Shown here: in pieces, positions 41,330-53,478 of the stretch
Position numbering within the stretch: the first letter of the stretch is position 1
Layout: each line of letters begins with the position of its first letter
NCBI GenBank assembly: GCA_964016885.1
Contig: OZ024742.1
Coordinates: forward strand, 283,836,001 to 283,900,000
Length of the DNA: 64,000 nucleotides
Direction of reading: 5' to 3'
Source: Eledone cirrhosa
Taxonomy: Eukaryota
Translations under genes and position numbers: made by a program
The notes under the pieces: generated by a model
The model's database searches: none
Told to the model about the DNA's origin: nothing
What the model saw: the letters and a program-made list of their open reading frames with translations, nothing else

Positions 41330-43301
41330 TGGATCGAATCATGTTGGTTTGAAATTTGCAAATTTAGTAGCTGATTTGTGCCTACAGAAAATTGATCGTT
41401 CTATTTTGCTGTTAAGCAGCTTTTTATCATACTTTAAAATATAGAACAGCCCCATATTGCAAAGTCCACAGTGGCACATTCCATTACTGTAGGCCTTTGC
41501 TCCCGATAATTTCGACCAACTAATCCTGTATTCTTGGTTTGTGTCATTAAGCTGCCAGATTTTATTGGCCAGCGTTGTTGAGTTCTCTTTAGTCTACGGT
41601 TCTTCATAGAATGTCTGTGAACATACCATCTTTTTTTTAATTCCCCAGCCGAGAACCTATGTAGTGCTATGCTAAGTTGCCTGAATTTATAGTACATAGG
41701 TACACTATATTGGATTCAAAGCATCTATTTTGTAGTGGGCACCTATCCGGTAAGTGACAGTTACATTTTGAGGCCTTTCTATGTGCCAGTTCAACGATGT
41801 GATTTTGTATGTTGTTATATATGGGCTGAGATTTGGGTTTGTTGATGTTTTGTTGTGATGTGTTATGACGTGTGTGTGGTTGTGATTTTGTTATGTGTAT
41901 GTGTTTTGTATTTGGTGTTATTGTGCTTTTTTGCAGGCTATTTGTATTAGAGATTCTTTTATAGTTAATTTTCTGTATGTGTGATTCTATGTTGGTTGCA
42001 GTAGAGTAAGATAGTTTGATAGTTTTTCTGTTAAAGATGTTATGGTATTTGTGTAGTTTAGGGAAGTGCTTGTCAATTAATTTAAAGAATATAGTAGGTA
42101 GTTTGGTTTTTATAGAGGAGTTAAATATTGGATTGAACCATAAGTATTTTCTATCTCTGGATCTTCTATAGTTCCTAGGGGTCCTTATATTAGTATTCGG
42201 TTCCATTATTTCTGGTGCTCGTTGCCTATTTCTATGTTTAGTCCTATATTTGTTATTTCTATAGGTGTGGGTGGTGTTATTGCTGTTAAGTGTGTTGTTG
42301 TTTGTATCTCGTATGTATTTGAACCTCTCTTTGTGGCCTGCCTTAAGTAAAGCCATGTTGTAGTAGTTAGCGTGTTCATTAAAAATCTCTAGGTTAGAAG
42401 ATAAGCGTGAAATTCTAAGGGATATACTATGTGCTATGGAGTTAATTATGGAACGAGGGTGGTTTGAGTTGTAACAAATGTAAACTATATTTTCCTTATT
42501 TTTATGGAAGGGCTCTATTAGTCCTGTGTTTAGCTTGAGTGATACATCTAAGAAGTTAGCTTTTTTAGAGTTGAGTTCGAAAGTGATGTTTAGGCCTAAT
42601 TTTTTGAAGAAGGTTCTAATCTTTTTACGTAATCTTTCCAAGTTTTGATTATTTAAGTTTTTAGCTAAAAGTAACGTATCGTCTCTATAAATTCCTCCCA
42701 AATTCTTTATGTAAGATATGTGCTATATAAATTCTGACCATGTCCGTTATTTGAGCTGAATCGTTAGGTAGTAGTCATTGATGTCAAATTGTATGAAGTC
42801 GGAAGTTTCCCTATTGTCTAATTTGCTAAACCAATCTATTGCTTCATTAGTGTTACCCCAAAGCTTAATTATTAGTTTGTCTTTAATTTATGGTATTATT
42901 CTATCTAGTATAAACTTGCTAATTCTACCTATATCCGACTTTGATGGGCATATTAATCTCATAGTAGGGTCAGTTTCGAAGTTACATTTATGATCTTTCA
43001 GATTAAAAGTGGGTTTACAAGGGGTCAGAGGCTCGGTTCTATCAGACATTTTGAGTCTTTTTACTCTGTTAAGTCCTTCGTTATTAATGCTATTGAGTGT
43101 AGACTCTGTAGTTTTCTTGTATTTTTTGTGTAATTCCCGGCATATAAACTTATTGTATGTATTAAGGCTCATAGTGTATACGTTTGATGTTTTGTCTGCC
43201 TTTACTATAATACCGTTGGTGTTACGCAATTTTTTTAGTAGTCCATTAATGTTATTTTGCAGTTTGTTGGAATGCGTCCGTTTTTTTAAATTTGGTTCCA
43301 T
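41330..43301 (-). mobile_element. Penelope-like (probably Naiad-type) element: RT + GIY-YIG, internally deleted and frameshifted
   Basis: VKADKT, MRLICPSKSDIG, GGIYRDD, FLDV, SNHP, WFNP, LSYST, CNCHLPDRCPLQNRC. Confidence 0.88.
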
Positions 43302-43734
43302 TTATCATGTTCATGAGGCTTGAGGGGATAGCCAACGCATCAACCTGTTCACACCAAAAGGGTGGTGACCTAGAGTTTGACCTCTAGGTATCACCAAGGT
43401 TCAAGGCGTGGACAGATCTCGCTACATTAGTTCCCTAACCAGATCGATGCAGGAGCAGCGATCGATTACAAAAGGGGTAGCGAAATCTGATTGTAGAAGC
43501 GTGTCCCAAAACACACAAATGTGGGTACTGCGCCCGCATTTCGAGTGCAGAGAAATTTGGAGAGAGAGAAATAAAAATATATATCGTATAACTGTGTATG
43601 CATGTGTGTGTAACATTTAGAAGAAACTGTAAATATACAAAGTTGTGATCATGTATTTCGAACTGTTGTGTATGGATGACTGAACGTTGGGGTTACGTAT
43701 CGGATTACCATATGAAAACACAGAGGACTATTTC

Positions 43735-44090
43735 TCTCGATGTATCGTCATACGTAAGATTCTTTTTCAGTGAGTTGAGGTTTACACTATGACATGAGTG
43801 TGTGCAATTTTGAGTTGCGTGCCTGAGTGAGTCCAGGCGTGCTTGAGTGAGTCCAAGCGAGTAGTAACCGTGGTTTGATTCTCATGTGTTTAATAGCTGT
43901 TGCCGTACCTCGACCCGTTGAATCTCGATGTATTATCATACGTAAGATGCTTTTCCAGTGAGTCGAGGTTTATGCTATGACATGAGTGAGTGCAATGTTG
44001 AGTTGCGTGCTTGAGTGAGTCCAAGCGAGTAGTAACCGTGAGTTGATTCTCATATGTTTAATAGCTGTTGCCGTACCTCGACCAGTTGAA
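43735..44090. repeat. Direct tandem duplication, ~188-bp period
   Basis: tctcgatgtat..catacgtaagat...gccgtacctcgacc present twice. Confidence 0.8.
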
Positions 44091-44366
44091 AAGTGATCTC
44101 GCTGAGACCCAACCGAATCCAGAATATACTATAGACAAAAAACATGTTGGTGTGACAAAGAAAATGATGTGTGTTTGATGCAAAACGTGTATATTCACAC
44201 AGGCATATAATACAGTAAAACGAATAATAAAAAATAAACCTGAGCGTTCATATACAACCTGCAAAAATAAATTAAAAAAATTATTTATATGATTGTTCTT
44301 TACAAAAAGTTCAGTGTTCTCTTCCTTATGTGATCGTTTTCTTGCTAGGAAGCTAGTAGTATTGTC

Positions 44367-44415
<49 letters not shown>

Positions 44416-45353
44416 GCAGATTACGAAGCAAGTGGTGAAGTGTTTGGTAATGAATCGAAACATAAAAGCGAAGTCACTGTAAATATTCCGTAGAATGGAA
44501 GTTCGGGGAATAATTTGAAAAACTGAAGTTTTATCATATCGTAGAATATAGATGAGAAGCTTGGTAAGAGAAAGTTGTTGATATTGGCAAAAGAAGCCAT
44601 GATCAGATCAAAAAGGCTGCGTGTGGTTTTCTTTTTTTTTTAAATACCACTTCGTATTATTTTAAATTTTTTTTAAAAATCACGTCGGGGGTCACCAATT
44701 TAACGTTAGATGGGATTAACACGGTTATTAGATGAAATAACAAGAATGGCTGATTTACTTTATATATAAGGTTTACTTCACTTCAGTCAAAAAGAACAAT
44801 AAACAAGTTACCACGAGTTGCGAAGGTTGACAATGTTATTTTGTTGTTGGTTCATGAGGCTGGTGTAGTCTGAGACCAAGAGAAAGAGAGGTAGTAATGC
44901 TCTGTAGACCTCTGAATGGTCTGTAGTTGACTATAGACCACTGTGGCCTGTAGATAGCGGTGAATCTTTCACATAGCTTGTAATAACGTACTGCTCCGAT
45001 CGCTCTGTATGTCTGTAGACCAAAGGTTCTCAACGGGGGGCGGGCATATGCTCCCTCGAGGGGGCCTTTCGTAGCTCTAGGGTGGCGTTATGCAGTTAGG
45101 GGGCGTTAGGGGGCGTTTGTCACTTTGGGGGCGCTAGAAGCCCCTTTAGTTTGGTAAGTTTTATAAGTCATATTTATACGTCTCTTAGACAGCTAGTGAT
45201 TTGAATGAAGAAAACGAAGAAAATAAATAAAAGAAGCTTGTCAACGAATTCCCTAGGGAGATAAAAGAAAATCAAAAGAAATCAAAGAGAATGAAAGTAA
45301 GGATTACTTCAACAGAAATGACAAGAAGAAGCAATGGTGGTGAACATACACAC

Positions 45354-45406
<53 letters not shown>

Positions 45407-45687
45407 TATACACATACATACACACACACACATATATACACACACAGGCCGGCGTTAGTGTTTGATGAGGTTGAGAACCCGGTCAGGTTTCAGCCAGAGC
45501 TGTGGTATTTAATCTCCCTAGGTAATAAAATCCGGCGACAAAATTGTTCTCCTTACCAAAAAAAGAACACATAGATCATATCAACATCCTTACACACTTA
45601 AATATAAATGCATGTATATATACAAATGTATAAATGCATAGCTATATACATACGTAAATGTATGTATATATGTATGTATGTATGTAG

Positions 45688-45755
<68 letters not shown>

Positions 45756-46132
45756 CTACATAAATGTAAGTATGTATGTATACGTACATACATATATGTA
45801 TACAGACGTACAGTAGTATGTATATATATATACATACATGCACACATATATATATGTATGTATGGATTTACCGAACATTTATTATAATGTTCGGTTTGTT
45901 TGTAAACAAACAAACGGCCCGAATTACGCCGCACAGTGTTCAGGCTTATTAGCTATCGTCAGCATCGTATACCTTTCTGTCAGATGGTTGAACGTCTGAA
46001 AGTATATACTTTCCTTATGCATATTAATGGCTGAGCAGCCTAATTTGCATATCGAGTGAGTTAGTCGGGCGGGCGCACCGAAAACGATAAATGGAAAAGA
46101 ATAAAACGTTCAACCATCTGACAGAAAGGTAT

Positions 46133-46175
46133 ACGATGCTGACGATAGCTAATAAGCTTGAAACTAGTACATCGT
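46133..46175 (+). ncRNA. Minimal type I hammerhead ribozyme, intact core
   Basis: acgatg-CTGACGA-tAGCT aata AGCTt-GAAA-ctag-TA-catcgt. Confidence 0.87.
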
Positions 46176-46458
46176 TCCTCTGCCAGTGTTGTACAAAAAG
46201 GTGACGATGGTTGCCTGAACACTGTACGGCGTAATTCGGGCTGTTTGTTTGTTTACAAACAAACCGAGCATTATAATAAATGTTCGGTAAACCCATACGT
46301 ACAAATATATATATATATGTGTGCATGTATGTATATATATATACATACTACTGTACGTCTGTATACATATATGTATGTACGTATACATACATACTTACAT
46401 TTAAGTACCAGCCGTACTAAGAGTGAGAAATGAAATTTCGTTTCATTCTTTTCCATAA

Positions 46459-46696
<238 letters not shown>

Positions 46697-47510
46697 ACAT
46701 ACATATATTTATATATATCTACTATATAAATTGGAAGTGGTCGGACGTTGTATATTTAAGTAAGTAGGTGTAGTTGGATAAACGTCGAAACGGCTTGGTG
46801 GAATGTAGCGAAAATTTACACAGTTATGCAGAATGACCTGAGGAGGCGTTGGGTCGACTTTCAAGCTACAAGCTTCCATGGTTACGGAGAAAATCGATGA
46901 AACAGGAATTTCCCATTCAAGTTCAACTGAGAGTAATCTGCGAACGCAGAAGTATATATTTCGAGAAACGTTGCAACCGAACGAAAACAGGAAGATGATA
47001 TTTTGGTTCGTGAAGACGTTCCATGGCAATGAACGGGAAAAAAGCGGGGATAATATGTCGTAATGTGGAATGAGAAGAACAATTTCATGTAAAGACAAGA
47101 CCAAGTTTATGGTATAAATAGAGCCGTTGGACTAATATCTATTTAAAATAACCGAATGATTTCCAGCCCCGGAGTTTAAGTATGATGTAAATAAAATTGA
47201 AAACGAAAATGACAGAGGTTATTAAAATAGTAAAAGTAAATAGTGAAGATTTAGGCCAGTACATACGTATGCCCCGACAGACATACACATACATACGCAC
47301 ACACAAATACATACACACCCACAAACACACACACACACGCGCACGCACGCACACACGCACGCGTATGTATAAACCTTATGCATTTCTACAATATTTTCAC
47401 CAAACTTAAGACATAGGTTACTTATGTACTCCGGATGGTCATGGGCACTTTCATTTTTCCAGATATTGATTATAGGGCCTCCCGACAGATAACCCCCTTT
47501 AACCACTTTA

Positions 47511-47565
47511 ACTGCCTGAAGAGGTCACAGCCAATGATGGCTGTCACCGAAATATATATAACAGT
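47511..47565 (+). ncRNA. Type I hammerhead ribozyme (pLTR-like end followed by AATAAA and (TA)n)
   Basis: actgc-CTGAAGA-GGTcACAGCCA atga TGGCTGTcACC-GAAA-tatata-TA-acagt. Confidence 0.8.
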
Positions 47566-47614
47566 ACATCTTTAATAAACGAAGCCAAATCTTAAATATT
47601 TGACTTAATTACTT

Positions 47615-47776
<162 letters not shown>

Positions 47777-47913
47777 CTACATAAATACATACATATATAT
47801 ATAAATCTACATACATACATACATATATCCATACATACATTTACGTATGTATATAGCTATGCATTTATACATTTGTATATATATACATGCATTTATATTT
47901 AAGTGTGTAAGGT

Positions 47914-47996
<83 letters not shown>

Positions 47997-48033
47997 ATAA
48001 TATATATATATTACACACACACACACACACACG

Positions 48034-48077
<44 letters not shown>

Positions 48078-48216
48078 GTTGTTATATAGTAATGTGTATT
48101 ATTGGTTGTGTCAAACGGTCCAATAAATTTTCGTTAGCAATATTAAGGTCTCTACGCTTTTGTATATCTCCAATTCCATTTATGGGAACAGCTAGATGAT
48201 GTGAAACGGAGTATTT

Positions 48217-51200
48217 GTATCAAAATAAAGATCCGAAGGCATGGTATAAATTTCCAATCATTTTAATCACGACACATGTTTCAATAAGAGATAGATCGAT
48301 CGTGTAGCCATGATCGATTATCACTGATCTCGTTTAGGTGAAAATAAATTGTCTTCAAATCCTTGATATGAGGGAGAAAATTAATGATGTTCACTCACAG
48401 AGTTTAGTCCCTCATAAGAAAATCAAGCAGTCAAAACACGGCGACTGCTATCGTCTTCAGTTAGGGTCATAAAACTATCAAGTCTCTATCTCCCAATAGC
48501 TGTAAAAGACGCTGGACATCAATCAAATCTGTAGAATTACAGTCGGTCACAGTTACTGTGAGTGGGTACACACACACTCACACACACCGACGCGAGGTCA
48601 AATAAAAAATATATACATATACCAACATATCATCAAATCTGTAGCACTATAGACAGGCACAGTTAGTGTGAGTGAGTACACACACACTCACACACACCGA
48701 CGCGAGGTCAAAGAAAAAATATAAATATACCAACATAGTATTCACCGAAAGTTAGTTTACAAAACAACAAATGTTATATCGGTCAAATCTCAATTTGACG
48801 ATGTAAATTGGAAAAATTGGGTCAACCGCAACCCTATACACACGCAAGTAAGTTCAGTTCAATGTTCTGATATACGTGTATAGATTGAAGAAGACTGAAC
48901 GGTGATATAGGAAAACTAAGGAACTCGACCGGCATTCTGGTGCACGCAGATAAAACTAACAACCTGTACGATATGGATAGAGTAACCTATGACGACTTGA
49001 TAATCAGAGAACTTAGAAATAGCTACAAAAAAAAAACTACACGGGCCAACCTGGATTTAATCAACACGGAGGCCAATAGCATCATGACTAAACTTGGTAT
49101 TGAATTCCGAGGATTTTATTGAAAGACCACAAATTAAACTTTGAATCATCAAGACCTGTCAGGCTGATAGCTCCTTCGAAGTCGGACATAGGAATCTTGA
49201 GTAAAAACATCCTTGATAAAATAATCCCCACTCTAGTTAGGAGATCGAAGCTTAAATTATGGTCAGGAACTAGTGAGGTAATTAACTGGTTTGAGAAATC
49301 GCAGAATAAGAATAGCACTATGTTTATACAGTTCGATATCTCTAACTACTACTCTTCGATCTCTCCAACACTTCTAGGTAAGGCCCTAAACTTTGCTAGC
49401 TTACACACCGACCTTACATCTGAAGAAATTAACATTATTCTCCTAGCTAGGAAAACCTTAATTGAGTTCAACGGTGACTTGTGGACCAGGAAAGATTGGC
49501 CGGACAATTTCGACATCACCATGGGATCCACGGACTCAGCCCAGGTGACGGATCTGGTGGGCCTTTACTTCCTCGACTGTCTCAGAGTGGCAATTCCCCA
49601 CTTGGGAGGTGGGGCTTATCGTGACGACGTTTTGTTTACTGTGTCGTTCCATAATAATAGTATGGTAGAGAGGGTGAGGAAAAAACTAAGCAAATTCTTC
49701 AACAACATAGACCTAAGTGTATAGTGTTTGAAGAAAACCTGAAGATAGTTAATTTTCTAGATGTTACACTTAATTCAGGACTCTTCCAACCCTACCACAA
49801 ACCCAACGAGAATTTAAATTATGTCAACGCAAAATCGAACCACCCTAGAATAGTCACTAACGGTATTACCAAAAGCGTCTCTAGTAGAATTTCAGGACTA
49901 TCTTCCAATGAAGATACCTTTGATAGGATCTCGAATTACTATAATAGTGCCCTAGAACGTGCAGGGCATAGCGAGGGAATCTCATTCAAACGTCCATTAA
50001 ATAGTAGTAGCAACACTGCCTGCGATAGCTTAGGCCAAAATAGTGACACTTCAGTTAACAGCAGGCGAGATGCGAGGGAGGATCAATATAGACTTCATGT
50101 TGTATTGCCTCCTAGTCCCAATGTCGATGGTACCAATGGAAACAATCACCCAGGTACAAACACGGGGTCTGAGCACCGTAATGCCAGCGGAAACTCTAAT
50201 TGTAACCTTAATTGTAGAACTGATAAAACAACCGTTGAACGTAAAATGGAACGAGGGTCGGGTAGAGGGAATAGGGATAAATGCAGCAGGCGCATAGTGG
50301 ACCCCGATAATCCCAATAGCTGCACGGGGGGTACACCGCCCCGGAGACTTGGGACGATTCCGAACACAATCGGGACACCCCAGGACACCATCAACCCACA
50401 GGCAGTTTTCAGTTATAATAGACCAGTAGCTACTAAGGAGACAGGTAACTCTAGTATAGATAGTAAGAACGAGAGGCATCGGACCAGAAAAATCCTGTGG
50501 TATAACCCCCCTTACTCCACTGGTCTGACCACTAGTATAGCTAAACTTTTCTTTAGGACCTTAGACAAATGCTTCCCTAGATTACACAGATACTATAAAA
50601 TATTCAATAGAAATACCATTAAGCTGTCCTACTCCACAACCAGTAACATAGCTCAGAATATAGCTAAGATGAATTATAGTAGACTTGGGACAGCCCAAGG
50701 GGGGATGAGACATGGCAGAACTAATGGCAACTCTATGGATGAACGGACTCATACACGTGAGGCGAGTCGGGTCACCCCAACTCCTGGGAACTTACCCATA
50801 GAGCAGACAAGAACTGACACCCGACCCCAGAGGTACCGTGGTTCTTCTGGAACTACCCAGGTCGATAACGGAAAATTTAATTGCAGGAACACCACCACTT
50901 GCCCCATGGTTGGGAAATGCCTCACCAAAAACATAGTCTACGACTGTAAGGTCTCCACTTTAGATAGAACCTTCAGGTATGTTGGGGCAACTGCCACTGA
51001 ATTTAAGGATAGATTGTATAATCACCGCCATACCTTTAATAGATTAGATTAAAAAAATAGCACGGCGCTTTCTGAATTAGCCTGGAAGCTTAAACAACAG
51101 AATATAGAGCATTCCTTATCCTGGTCCATAATTTGCTCAGCTCAGCCATATAACGGCAGCACTGGCGTTTGTAATTTATGTATAGCTGAAACCTTTAATA

Positions 51201-52722
51201 TTATTAGAGGTGGCCCCCTATTAATCAATAGGAGAGCGGATTTTTTCAGCAACTGCCAACATAGAACCTCGAAAATCTTCCGCAGGTTTTTTGAAAAGTA
51301 ACCTACCACTAACTCCTCCCTCTCTACCTTAGCCATAGAGTTCTCTCAATTAGCAAAAAACAGACAATCACACACTTAGGTAGTTAGACAGCTAAGATCG
51401 TTTACGCACTTACAAACGGTACTCGGCCTGTTTCCACAGAGTTCTCACAGCTGATTGCACATTAGAATACCTAGTTAGTAAATAGTTAGAATGATTACAC
51501 ACTCAGGTAAGACCGATTACGCGCATTCACCATTTCTTTAGGATACCCTAATCATTGAGTTCTCTCGGTTAGAATATAGCTAGACGTATTACATACTCAG
51601 TTAAGCTCTCTATACATAACTCTACACACAGTACCCGGTTTCTTTAGACACTGAGTTCCCACAGTTATGACTGGTCACGTTCCTATCGATTGAACACTAC
51701 ACTAGGTTTTGATCCGTGATCATCTAACTGTGGAGTGCTCACGGCTACAGATTGGACAATAATACTTACACACCATTAATGGGCCTACACACATCCTCTG
51801 GGTTTTGCTATTCTTTGTTATTTTGTTATTTTATTTTACTGTTTGTGTTGGATAACACACCTCCACCACTCAAACACCTATCTTAAAAGCTCAAGGGCCT
51901 ATATGACGGGAAATCGCACATACTGACACCTTAACCCAAATACCCAACCCTACACAGAGCCCCTTGGTAGCCTACATAGCGGTTGCTTGCACGCACAGAT
52001 TTGGGGACTCAGATTCTCAATGGGACAACGGCACATACTGAGTTCGATATGAGCTGACTACTTGCTCTTCACATGGATGTGTATATACCTAAACATACAC
52101 TTTTTTGGACGATACGGATGTGTATATACCAAAACATACACTATTTGGAGATACGGATGTTACAATTCAATCTATACACGTATAGCAGAACATTGAACTG
52201 AACTTACTTGCGTGTGTATAGGGTGACGGTTGACTCAATTTTTCCAATTTACATCGTCAAATTGAGATTTGACCGATATAACATTTGTTGTTTTGTAAAC
52301 TAACTTTCGGTGAATACTATGTTGGTATATTTATATTTTTTCTTTGACCTCGCATCGGTGTGTGTGAGTGTGTGTGTACCCACTCACATTAACTGTGACC
52401 GACTGTAATTCTACAGATTTGATTGATGTCCAGCGTCTTTTACAGCTATTGGGAGATAGAGACTTGATAGTTTTATGACCCTAACTGAGGACGATAGCAG
52501 TCGCCGTGTTCTGACTGCTTGATGGTCATATGAGGGACTAAACTCTGTGAGTGAACATCATTAATTTTCTCCCTCATATCAAGGATTTGAAGACAATTTA
52601 TTTTCACCTAAACGAGATCAGTGATAATCGATCATGGCTACATGATCGATCTATCTCTTATTGAAACATGTGTCGTGATTAAAATGATTGGAAATTTATA
52701 CCATGCCTTCGGATCTTTATTT

Positions 52723-52725
<3 letters not shown>
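48217..52725 (+). mobile_element. Penelope-like (probably Naiad-type) element with inverted upstream pseudo-LTR
   Basis: Inverted repeats ~48217-48888 / 52166-52725; coding ~48890-51300 with HADKT, TMGSTDSAQVTDLVG, AYRDD, SNHP, WYNPP, YVGAT..FKDRLYNH, CNLC; hammerhead-like motif at 52604-52678. Confidence 0.92.
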
Positions 52726-52783
<58 letters not shown>

Positions 52784-52789
52784 GCGTGA

Positions 52790-53020
52790 CAAGAAGCTTG
52801 TTTCCCAACCACATATTTCCGGGTTCAGTCCCACTGCCCGGGCCGACCAAAGCCCCGTGAGTGGATTTGATAGATCGAAACTAAAAGAAGCCCGTTGTAT
52901 ATATTTGTATATGTTTGTGTGTCTTTGCGTTTGTGTTTGCCCTCCCACCAATGCTTGTTGGTTTGTTGACGTCCCCATAACTTACCAAGGTGATGCTCCA
53001 GCATGGGCGTAGTCAAGAGA
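52790..53020 (+). mobile_element. SINE fragment (third family)
   Basis: gggttcagtcccactgc B-box-like motif, then ggccgaccaaagcc..gtgagtggatttg. Confidence 0.5.
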
Positions 53021-53086
53021 CAGAAAAAAAGTAAAATATATATATGTATGTGTGTGTGTGTAGAAGAGGGGTCTCAAACTCAAGGA

Positions 53087-53473
53087 CACAAAAGGGCTAT
53101 TACGTCCTGGAGAAGAGGCACCGTGAGCCAAACGTGGTGGTGGGTGGGTGAAGATTTTCACCAGTTATAATCATTTCTACTATAGGAACAAGGCATGCAA
53201 TTTGGGGTTTAGGGTTCAGTCGATTGCATCGATCCTAGTACACAACTGGTACTTAATTCATCGACCCCAAAAGGATGTAAGGCAAAGTTAGGATCGGCGG
53301 AATTTGAACTCAGAACGTAAAAACGGAAGAAGTACCGTTAAGCATTTCGCCAGATGTGCTAACGATTCCACCAGCTCACCGCCTTATTTTCACCAGTTAT
53401 AATGCAATATGAAATATTGTTTCTACCACGGGCCACAGATAAGTAGTTTGCGGGCCGCATGTGTGAGCCCCCT
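53087..53473. mobile_element. hAT/Charlie-like MITE with a nested minus-strand SINE (~53180-53383)
   Basis: Ends aggggtctcaaac / gtgtgagccccctg; the SINE is the reverse complement of the 10061 family. Confidence 0.5.
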
Positions 53474-53478
53474 GTTGG

